A DNA stretch of 64,000 nucleotides from a virus, in the IMG/VR virus record IMGVR_UViG_3300032294_002877, positions 116,461 through 180,460 of that record; one strand, written 5' to 3'. The position numbers were made by a program, and so were the translations under genes. The notes under the pieces are model-generated. The model was not told where the DNA came from and did no database searches. It worked only from the letters and a program-made list of their open reading frames with translations. Shown here piece by piece: positions 18,111 through 28,100 of this stretch. The stretch's first letter is position 1. Each line of letters begins with the position of its first letter.

Positions 18111-18780
18111 TGCTTTAATAGTAGCTCCAGAAATCACGAAAGGTATGAAGAGCATAGGGTCAAAAGCGCTTCTAAAACTAAAAAGCTCTACTACGATTAT
18201 TGAGTATCAAATACAAGAACTTAAAAAAATAGATAAAAAAGTCAATATAACTATAGTTACGGGATTTGAATCAGAAAAAATTAAAAAGATATTACAAAAA
18301 CAAAATAAGCTAAATATACTATATAATGACAATTATTTAAATACGAACCAAGCAAAGTGCGTAGATATTTTTTTAAAAAACTATGACGTAGAAAATCTAC
18401 TCATAATTAGTAATGGTGTGCTATTTAAGAATTCTGTTTTCAATATATCAGATATCGATAGATCCAAAATTTTCTTGATAGACAAACCAAAAACAAACTT
18501 TAACATAGGATGTTGTGACACAGGTAGCAATGAGAATATAGATTATCTGTTTTATGATTTACCAATATTGTGGTCGGAATGTGTCTTTTTAAATAATATA
18601 GCCATAAAGAAAATAAGAGAAATTTTTAAATCTAATACTATAGATCAACTATACATATTTGAACTAATAAATATTTTGATTCATAATAATTTAGACATAC
18701 AGAAAGTCTATATACCCAAAAAACATATCATGAAAATCAATACTATTAAAGATCTTTCAAGAGCTAAAACTTTTATATGA
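18103..18780 (+). CDS. nucleotidyltransferase-like protein (NTP transferase fold)
   Basis: ALIVAPEITKGMKSIGSKALLKL...TIIEYQI...IVTGFESEKI...YNDNYLNTNQAKC...LLIISNGVLF follows the sugar/phosphocholine NTase layout, with an atypical signature loop. Confidence 0.7.
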   Translation: MLNALIVAPEITKGMKSIGSKALLKLKSSTTIIEYQIQELKKIDKKVNITIVTGFESEKIKKILQKQNKLNILYNDNYLNTNQAKCVDIFLKNYDVENLLIISNGVLFKNSVFNISDIDRSKIFLIDKPKTNFNIGCCDTGSNENIDYLFYDLPILWSECVFLNNIAIKKIREIFKSNTIDQLYIFELINILIHNNLDIQKVYIPKKHIMKINTIKDLSRAKTFI

Positions 18781-19484
18781 AAATTTTTATACAATATACA
18801 GACAATAGATTCATTAGTAATTTGGTATTGAATCAAATTCCCGGTCTAGACTTGCTATCCGGAGTATGCAAAAACTCATTATATAAAATACATCATCAGT
18901 TTAATCCAAATTCTTATGTATTTTCTGTGACTAATATAGATACAGAAATACGTCAGTTCATAGAAGAATACGATAATCAAGTAAAAATATTTATATATCA
19001 TGATACATTTACGGATCAATATCATGATTCGGTTTCTATGTTTCCGAGATGTACTCATCTTAGTCATCAAAAAATATCTCAAAATAATGTTGTTATTATA
19101 CCAGATTTATTAAATCAAAATATTTTTCACAATTTACAATTAGCTAGAAATGATTCTATTTTATTTTTTATGGACGATATGATGCGAATGCCAGAGAATC
19201 TTTCTAGTATATTATATCCTAAGTCAAAAATCAAATTAAAAATGTTTGGTGGTTATACTAGTCATAATCAAAATTTGGGTACAGTAACAGAGAGAGAGAA
19301 AGCCACTCTTTTAAATAAAAATAAATACTATCTGAGTATTAATGGATATTATGAAAGCGAAGCTATCGCTTGCGGATGTGAAATATATACCTTAAATGAT
19401 TTATTAGAAAACAAAAGTCCACAAATACCAAAACAATTGAAACCTATCGAATACTCCGATTTTATTATCTCAATATTAACATAA
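18777..19484 (+). CDS. divergent glycosyltransferase-like protein
   Basis: C-terminal YESEAIACGCEI resembles the GT-B EA.ACG motif. Confidence 0.45.
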   Translation: MKIFIQYTDNRFISNLVLNQIPGLDLLSGVCKNSLYKIHHQFNPNSYVFSVTNIDTEIRQFIEEYDNQVKIFIYHDTFTDQYHDSVSMFPRCTHLSHQKISQNNVVIIPDLLNQNIFHNLQLARNDSILFFMDDMMRMPENLSSILYPKSKIKLKMFGGYTSHNQNLGTVTEREKATLLNKNKYYLSINGYYESEAIACGCEIYTLNDLLENKSPQIPKQLKPIEYSDFIISILT

Positions 19485-19485
19485 C

Positions 19486-19953
19486 ATGAAAAATATTATA
19501 AAAGACTTAGGCATCATAGATATCGTTTTATCCAATGATAAAGAATCAATGGATATTATTAATTTTGCAAAAGAGTATTATGCAAAAAATCCATATAGTC
19601 ATGTTTGTATATTTAATAGTTTTTCTCAATTAGTAACATCTTCTGCTGTTCCGATACTACATCTAAGTCAAGCTAAATTTTTCTATGGTAGTATTATTGC
19701 AACTGATATAGATTCTTTAGAGATGTGTATAGATTTTCCTAATGTAAATAAAATAATATTTTTTGCTCAATCTATTCCTTGGGCTAATGAATTGAGTGAA
19801 TACTCTCGATGGAATAAGTTATTTGAATCCGATAATCTAGAAATATTAGCACAAAACCAATACATATACGACATATTAGATATATGCTGGAAAACACCTA
19901 TAGGTATATCAGAAAGGTTGGATTATGAGTCAGTATCCAAAATCATACAATAA
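19486..19953 (+). CDS. hypothetical protein (Rossmann-like half, GT-cluster associated)
   Basis: Operon-packed ORF; FYGSIIATDIDS. Confidence 0.6.
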   Translation: MKNIIKDLGIIDIVLSNDKESMDIINFAKEYYAKNPYSHVCIFNSFSQLVTSSAVPILHLSQAKFFYGSIIATDIDSLEMCIDFPNVNKIIFFAQSIPWANELSEYSRWNKLFESDNLEILAQNQYIYDILDICWKTPIGISERLDYESVSKIIQ

Positions 19954-20740
19954 CTTGACGGATCCGGAAAAATTGTCTCTGATCTCAAAACTATATACCG
20001 AAGAAAATAAAAGTTTTGCAGATATAGCTTCGTTACTAGAAACTTATCCCAATAAAATTAGAAGAGATGCTATATCTCTAGGCATACCTATAAGAAATAA
20101 ATCCGAAGCACAAAAAAACGCACTCAGTTCTGGTAAACATAAGCATCCTACAAAGGGACACTCCAGAGACAACGAGACAAAAAGCAAAATAGGACTTGGG
20201 GTTATGAAGTCTTGGGAGAATCTAACAACACAAGAATTAGAAGAAAGAAAAGAAAAAAGCAAAGAACAGTGGGATAGTTTAGACCAAAATGCAAAACAGA
20301 ATTTGATAAAAAAAGCCAATGATGCTGTAAGAGTAGCTAGTAAATTAGGATCCAAACTAGAAAAATTCATACTCAACAAACTAATATCAGATGGATACAA
20401 AGTAGATTTTCACAAAGAGCAGACGCTATCAAATACCAAGTTGCAGATCGACCTGTTTCTTCCTAAAATAAATACCGCTATAGAGATAGATGGGCCTTCT
20501 CATTTTTTGCCTGTTTGGGGTGATGACGCTCTTACTAGAAACAAAAGATACGACAACAAAAAACAAGGATTGATCTTAGGTAAGGGTTATGTGTTGATAA
20601 GAATTAAGCAAACCAAAGATTTTTCAAATACTAGGGCATTATTAATATATAATGAATTAGTCAAGATATTACAAAGTATCGAGTCAAATTTTCCAGAACC
20701 TGACGATAGAAACTATACCATAGAGGACACAAATGGCTAA
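19925..20740 (+). CDS. endonuclease with N-terminal HTH/basic linker and C-terminal Vsr/DUF559-like domain (possible homing endonuclease)
   Basis: KSFADIASLLETYPNKIRR (HTH), basic GKHKHPTKGHSRDNETKSKI linker, LQIDLFLPKINTAIEIDGPSHF. Confidence 0.65.
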   Translation: MSQYPKSYNNLTDPEKLSLISKLYTEENKSFADIASLLETYPNKIRRDAISLGIPIRNKSEAQKNALSSGKHKHPTKGHSRDNETKSKIGLGVMKSWENLTTQELEERKEKSKEQWDSLDQNAKQNLIKKANDAVRVASKLGSKLEKFILNKLISDGYKVDFHKEQTLSNTKLQIDLFLPKINTAIEIDGPSHFLPVWGDDALTRNKRYDNKKQGLILGKGYVLIRIKQTKDFSNTRALLIYNELVKILQSIESNFPEPDDRNYTIEDTNG

Positions 20741-21464
20741 AAACACTAAAAAAGACATTGAGTTAGTAACGGAGCAAACAGAAGAAAATACGACTAAAAC
20801 TGTACTACCTAATGATCTGGATTGGACCGACCATGTTCTGTCATTATTATCAGATGACGAAAAAATATCTGGTAATCCAACAACAGACGGCCTTAGAAGA
20901 ATTTTCGAATCTGCACTAAATTGCTCTGTTATCTCGGCTACAAGCGATGTTGTTCAAGCTCCTAGTCCAGATAATGAAAAAAGAGCCACGGTTGTTCATA
21001 CAATTCAGTACGTATTAAAAAACCCAGAGCCTGTGGATGATTCGATTAAATACAGGTCTGTGAGCGGCGCTGCGGACGTTTACTGGGGAAATTGTGATAA
21101 GGTATACAGAAACCATCCAGTTGCTGTGGCCGAAACGCGAGCCGAAGGAAGAGCTTTAAGAAGGGCTTTGAAACTAAGGAAAGTAGTTGCAGCAGAAGAA
21201 ATTGCAAAGGATATAGAGGACCACCCGGATGAAAATTCTGTATCAAAAATCACAAATAATCAAATCAATTTCATTGACGTAATAGCAAAAAGACTTAATA
21301 TAAATGTAGTCGAACTTCTAAAAATTAACAATTTAGAATCGGCCAATATTTATACTTTGTCCCATGAGGATGCTGTCACGATAATAAGACTATTATCATC
21401 ATATCAACAAAATATGGACAATATTCCTCAAGGGGTTGTGGGCTATAACAATGAATGGAAATAA
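20733..21464 (+). CDS. Rad52/Sak-like single-strand annealing protein
   Basis: DGLRRIFE...ATVVHTI...GAAD...VAETRAEGRALRRALKL...AAEE, followed by a small C-terminal helical domain (KITNNQINFI). Confidence 0.6.
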   Translation: MAKNTKKDIELVTEQTEENTTKTVLPNDLDWTDHVLSLLSDDEKISGNPTTDGLRRIFESALNCSVISATSDVVQAPSPDNEKRATVVHTIQYVLKNPEPVDDSIKYRSVSGAADVYWGNCDKVYRNHPVAVAETRAEGRALRRALKLRKVVAAEEIAKDIEDHPDENSVSKITNNQINFIDVIAKRLNINVVELLKINNLESANIYTLSHEDAVTIIRLLSSYQQNMDNIPQGVVGYNNEWK

Positions 21465-21466
21465 TT

Positions 21467-21790
21467 ATGAAAGTAACATACAAAGCAAATGATAAATTAG
21501 CGTTTGAATTGGAGGGTGCTGGTCAGAAAGAAATTTTTAAGGAATTAGCTCTTATTCAAGAGATTTTTTCTGAAGAAAAGTGCGGTCTATGTGGTAGTGG
21601 AAACCTAAGATATATTGTTAGAAGTGTCGATGGTAACGACTACTACGAAATCAGATGTAACGAATGCGGAGCTGTGCTAGCATTTGGTCAGCACAAAAAG
21701 GGTGGCACATTATTTCCAAAACGCAAAGATGACGATGGAAATTATTTGCCAAACAAAGGATGGCACAAATGGACCAAAGATTCGAAATAA
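21467..21790 (+). CDS. Zn-ribbon protein
   Basis: CGLCGS...CNECG; ATG 21467 follows the upstream stop. Confidence 0.7.
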   Translation: MKVTYKANDKLAFELEGAGQKEIFKELALIQEIFSEEKCGLCGSGNLRYIVRSVDGNDYYEIRCNECGAVLAFGQHKKGGTLFPKRKDDDGNYLPNKGWHKWTKDSK

Positions 21791-21791
21791 T

Positions 21792-22199
21792 CTATTTCTG
21801 AATCTTACCCCATTTACCAACAGGACATTCTTGATCGGCCCAGGCTAGTTTGCTTACAAATTGTTTTGTGCGAACTAGTGGACACCCACATTTTGAACAA
21901 GTATCGTCTTTAAAGAATTCGCAACCAAGACAAATATTATGTCTTTGGATGATCTCTTCTTCTGTACACATTGGTAAACCATTACTAATATGCTCTGCTG
22001 TTGCTTTTGCAAAATTTTTTAATTTTGTAACAAACGTTACCTCATCGCCGGGAGCACGATGAAGAGGCTTTCGACATATAAATACCGGCATTGTTTCTTG
22101 TTTCGTTTCCGAACTAATTTTTAATCCACAATTGATACATTCGAAATTGTATCCGTCTTGAGTTATAAAACTACAAAAGATATTCTCAGAAGTATTCAT
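21792..22199 (-). CDS. small Cys-rich protein, last gene of the late arm
   Basis: CINCG and CLGC...CSKCGCP...WADQECPVGKW; ATG at 22199 overlaps the upstream stop. Confidence 0.7.
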   Translation of the reverse strand: MNTSENIFCSFITQDGYNFECINCGLKISSETKQETMPVFICRKPLHRAPGDEVTFVTKLKNFAKATAEHISNGLPMCTEEEIIQRHNICLGCEFFKDDTCSKCGCPLVRTKQFVSKLAWADQECPVGKWGKIQK

Positions 22200-25100
22200 A
22201 AGGAATCCACTCCCATATTTCTTTAGAGTCCATGATATCATTCTTATTCTCTACACCATCAGTACTACCAAAAAATCCTCTAAATATCATTTCGTTCATC
22301 CACTGGTAAAATGTTGGCGTTGGTATTATCTGGCCATCTGTTTTGTCCGGGTATGGATCGTTTGGATTGCCAGTATTAACCTTTACGCATCTCCATCCTA
22401 GATAATTATTGTACATTGGTCCCCCCTTAGGAGGAATAATATCAGGTCCTAATCTACCATAGTAATCGTATACGTATCTACTATATAGATTATCAGTGGT
22501 TTTTAATTTTCTGGGAATATTTCTAAATTTAATAAAAACTTGTGAAGAATCATTGAGATTAAAAATATTTTTGACTTTTCCTCTAATATTAGCCGGACTT
22601 CTTGGTACAATATATGTTTCTCTAACTTTAACTAGTGTATCCCTAATATTATTATCACACGATAAGAAAAACTCTCGGTCCATAGTTATCAGATTTTCTG
22701 TTTCACCCCAATCTACTCCTGGATATTTGGCTTTTTCTTCAGCGACTCTATTATTTGTATAACTCAAACCATTACCTGTCAATATTTCGTCAGCCGCAGG
22801 ATTAGGAGATGTAACTTTGTCTTTACATACAGCATCGCATTCTGGGAATTGATAGAATTCTACCACAGGAAGACATTCGTATGTTACGGTCTTTAAAATT
22901 TTGACATTAACATCGTACGATAACGAGCACTCTTGCTCTGGATCAATTGAAATAAAATAATATTGTTTGGGTATATAATTAATATTAATAGCTTGTGATA
23001 CTGGATTTTGAGCAATATTTATATCATAATATGGCAGAACACCTGATGGCGTTTTGTTATTCTCTTCGAATACTGATAAAATCTCATTTCTCTCAGCATA
23101 TAATTCAGAAAGTTTTTTCTTTGCTCTATAACCCGAACATTTTACATTAAACTCATCGGTAGGATAATAGCCTTTACGAAAACATCCTGATGGATCAGCA
23201 GGCAGATTACTATAGAATAGCTCCAAATCCGTTATGCTAGAGATAGTATCAAAATTGATATTACTAGCATCCAAAGGAGTATCCGACTGAGAATTTAGAT
23301 TAGTTAATCGCGTATTAAGAACACCAGTTTGATCAGGAAGAAGTCTAATTGTTGGAATATTTATATTATAATCATTCTCTATGATTATCTCTCCTGTAGT
23401 GGCCGGTGACAGTTGAGTTTTAAATTTGTCCGACTTTAAGTCTATAAAAGAATATTCTTCGTTATTTATAAGTAGATTGTTTTGAATATTTCTTTTTAAT
23501 CGATCCAAATCTATGCCTGTTATCGGCACCCCACTAGTAAATTTTAGTGACGTACTATCTAAAGATAATCCGCTAGAAAAAATTAAGCTATAATTATTTA
23601 AAGCGTCTAGAAGATATGCAGCACTATTTAATCTATACGGATATGCTACCAATAAATCTTTTTTAACATCCTGATCAGAAAAATCTATTTTTAAAAATGT
23701 TGTTGTCCCAGACTGTTGAACCATAATACTATTGAATTTATTTTTATTATTTTCGTGGTTGTTTAATATTTCGTCCGTATCAAATATTTTGTTTGGATGA
23801 GAAGAGTCTATAAAAGAATACATGGGAGGCTCTAGATATTGTGATCCATAACCTATAGAACCTTCTGCTGTAGCTACAGAATGTACGTCTAGTATAGATT
23901 TATTGATATGATTTTGTTTAGCATTAGATTTCGTTAGCCCCCATTTGCCAACAGTTAATTTATCGTTTTTAGTTACATTATCTTTGTATATAACAATACT
24001 GTTAGAATTTTCTAATGTTTTGCCAATATACCCAGAATCGACACCATCAGGTAATGGGCTGTTTAGAGTTAATACGGTATTGTGCTGGTCATTAAAATAT
24101 ATCAATGCTTTTTGTGCTATAGTATTAGTAAATAAATCATTTGTCCCTGTTGCTCCTGGTTGTTTCATCACCGCTATTGTATCATCTATATCATAAAGAT
24201 TATATAACCTAGATCCTGGTATAGTAATAATTTTTTTAGCTTCAATATTACTATTTGTTATAGTATTATTGCCCCACAATCTATCATATTGTAATGTTTG
24301 TCTAATCCCAGGATCAGGATATCTAATCCAGGAACCCGATCTAGCGTAATACACTCCATTTTGTGAAACTGTTGTCTGATTGGCTACATAAACAAGGTCA
24401 TTTTCTTTGAGTGTTACAGATGAAGTGGTTGATAGCGGAACTGTCAATCCGGTTAATGGAACATTCATAGTAGTGTCAAGAACTATAACATTTTTATTCA
24501 CTATCTCGTATATATTTGCAACCCTAGTAAAAGAAAAATTAGAGAGAGGAGTAATCATATCTTTGTGAAGTCTTATATACTTATATCGATTTTTGGCCAA
24601 TATGGCTGTGTTATTATACTTATATATAGGAACCTCTAGTCTGTACCAATTGAAACGATCTTTACTAATTTGAATCAAAGCTTTTGAAGATGATCCCGGG
24701 TATGTTCCATCGTACACTGGCTTAAAATAGAATCTTTCTTGTTCTTGCTGTTGTCTCTGAAACCTAATATCGTAAAGCATACTAATTATAGGATCTCCTC
24801 TACCTCCTATAGCAAAAGAGGCTTGTAAAATAGAGATCTCAGCCAAAGCGCCAACTAGACTATAGAACGGAGTAAAAAACCAACCAACAAAAGGAAATAA
24901 TATTTGTCTATATGTTAGCGGTTTTGACAATTCTATATTACCAGGATATCTACAAGTATTTGTGCTGATATAGTTATATGGAGCATTAAGATTAATTTTA
25001 GGTAGAAGATATTCTTTATTTGTAAAATCTGCTATATAATTATATCCTGTCCTGCTAACTTGTTCCGATTCATAATCTATAGTACCCAAGTAATCTTGTG

Positions 25101-28100
25101 TTGTGTATTTTATGGTCGAAGCTGTGTGTGCTATAACAGACCAGTTGCATATGCTACTTAGTATAGTGTTAGAAGATATTCTACTTTCATATACATTTAA
25201 TCCCGACAGTTCGCTATTATGTACGGTATTATCTAGAGATTGTATTTTTTCTTCTGGTCCAAGAACATACAGTTTTAATGTAAAAACAGTATTTCTGAGA
25301 GGAAGATTTTTAAATTTAGCCAATGCTGTATCTATAAGATTAATTCTATTATTCTTGATTATCTGTTTATGGAGGATAGTTTGTTTTTCAGAGTAGCCTG
25401 TTGGAGACAGAGTCGGCTGTACAACACTATCATTTGCGATAGCTTGGCTATGAACAGAAACTCCGGAAACAGATGTTTTGTTTTCATCGGAAAAGGTATT
25501 GTTGAATGTCATATTGTCAGAAAAGGTCAAACTAAAATGATATCCATAGTTATCAAGATTTTCTTGATTATAGAGATATAGAATACTTGTATTAGGTTTA
25601 TTAGTTGTGTTAGTGTTTTTAAGCTTGTCTAAAAAGTCTAAAACAGTAACGTCCGATAACGAGCTGCCATTTGATCTTAGTGTAGAGAGCCAGGAGATTG
25701 GGGGAGATGTTCTATCTGTGTCTTTATCGAAAGGAATAAATATTTTATCCTTATAAATGTTGTTATTAGACGATACTATGCTATCTAATGTAGGATTATA
25801 TACTTCCAAAGCCATGACTATATTTTTAGGGTTTGGAATATTCATTAAATTAATTTTAATTTCTATATCTTTTAGTTTGAGAGCATTCATACTATCTTTC
25901 ATCAAAACATATTGATAAGTAGGAGTATAATTACAATCAAATTCAACCGGCGCTTCCTCGTATTTGATCAGTATAAAATCATCAACCATCTCTTGATTTT
26001 TATAGTCTAATCCATTGAAGTTTCTTATACCGTAGTTCCTGTCTTGATCATACCATTCTGGACTACTAGCATCAGCGTAACTATCTACTCTTACGGCACT
26101 TCGATACTCCATAGGAACATTATTATCGCTATTATTTATTGATCTGAGATTATAAAATCCAGGACCGATAAAGTTGTATGACTTATATTTTTCTACATCA
26201 AACTTTTGAATAGAGCTAATATTAGGACTGCTAATAGCAGAAACATTAGAATATGTTCCATTATATCCTAATGGATTATATCCTGTTGGAGTGTAATAAT
26301 ACCAGCCAGAATTTGGATGAAAAAACCCTTTATCAAAAGTTGTATATCCAGTCACTGGGATATCCACAAGATGACATCTATAAAAAGGTTCAATACCACC
26401 ATAATTATTATGTCCGGACATTACAGCTAATGGCGCAGCAGCAGAAGCTAAATATCCGCTTGCGAGTTCTTGATCAATAACGGGTTGAGTTTTATCTGTT
26501 GGATCTACTCCCCATGGCGTATTAAGAGGAATTTTATCGTATGATTGGATGGTGTTATTTGTTTTGATTGGGTGGTATGGGATTTCTACTCCTATTTTTT
26601 CGACAATATTTTTTGAATATCCTCCATAGGTATATATATTTGGGGCATAAACTGTTGATACCTTTGGTAGGCTAAAACTAACTCTAGTATCTCTTTCCCA
26701 ATTTTCACCTACCTTTTTATATGCTCTAACATCAAAAGAATCGAACTCTCTATTTATTCTATAGAATCTGGCGGCGCCAGTTATAATACCGGCCCCAAAT
26801 GTATCTCGTTGTCTAGCTAATCTTGGCTCGTAATAGCTTTTACATTGAGATAATCTGTCGTCGCTATCTCTCATTAATTCTATTTTAATAGATTGTAATT
26901 TAAATACGGTATTATTCGGCTTAAATGTTATGTGTAAATCATTTGTTAATGTGTCTGGCTTTTGATAATTAGTAATACTAATTTTTTTATCTACGAACCG
27001 TCTGTCTACAACAAATATTGGATTTGAATTGTCTGATACATACATATCGCTATCTATAAACCAAACCATTCCGTTTTTATTGAACGCTATTTTCCTGAAA
27101 TTCGGCACCATAGCTCTGTATTTATTAGGAACAATATCCTGATTATAGCTCATTAGTGTCGGTAAGGTTTTACCTGGCTCATATTGATTACTGTTATCGT
27201 GAACATATACTCTAATATTTTCTATAGATTTTAGAGTAGAACCAAATGATGTTATTCCTTGTATAGTATATAATCCTGTTTGTTTTACAAAAATACTCGG
27301 ATCAAAATCGGCAGAAGTTCTGTTTCTTCTCATAACGTCAGTATTTCCGTTTGTTGCAAAATCAGAAAATCTCAAACAATCCGGACCATCTACAAGGGAC
27401 CAAGAATAAGATACGTTCTCGGATAGTGAATCGTCAACATTCGCTGTAATGTCTATTTGAATATGATTACCATTATGTATTTGATCACCCTCGCCCCTAT
27501 CTAAATCTTCTGGTAATTTGATACTGATATCCTTATTAAATATTGTATAAATTTTTTCTGGTATCTTAGGCATAGCCATATTAGCTAATGGTACTGTGGT
27601 TATCTTATTGGGATCGTTTACATCTCCAATTTTACATAGACAACCACTAGCAGATAACGTCGGATCCATCTGCGATTCTGTATAAATATCTCCAAAATCA
27701 ATTCTCATATCATTATATATGACATCATCCGGAGTCAGTGTTTTACTTATAAAAGTTTTGATTTTACAGTCGATCAGGGCGTGTGGGCCGTCACAATTGA
27801 TAAGCTTATTATATTTAATTTTTGTGTTTGTGTTTATTTTTATATAGCCGCCGTATTTATTTAATAATTGCTGATACAATTGTTTTTTATTAGTAATATA
27901 ATTAGTAGCCAATGTCTGTTTTTGTAAGAAGTATGATTGTTGTTTGTAGTATTGTAAAATCTTAGCTACTATTGTAATTAATTTTCTTATTTCTGTATTA
28001 GTATTGGTATCGGCTACAGTATTTACATACTCATTATATATCAAGTTTTGCAAAAAATCATCTTGTAAATAATTAATATTAACTCTGTCTATCAAAGGAG

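Noticed and set aside
13397-19953. Bacterial LPS/capsule locus (i.e. host chromosome rather than phage)
   Set aside because: There are no flippase, polymerase or membrane genes. The block is embedded among phage-type replication genes and continues into virion genes.
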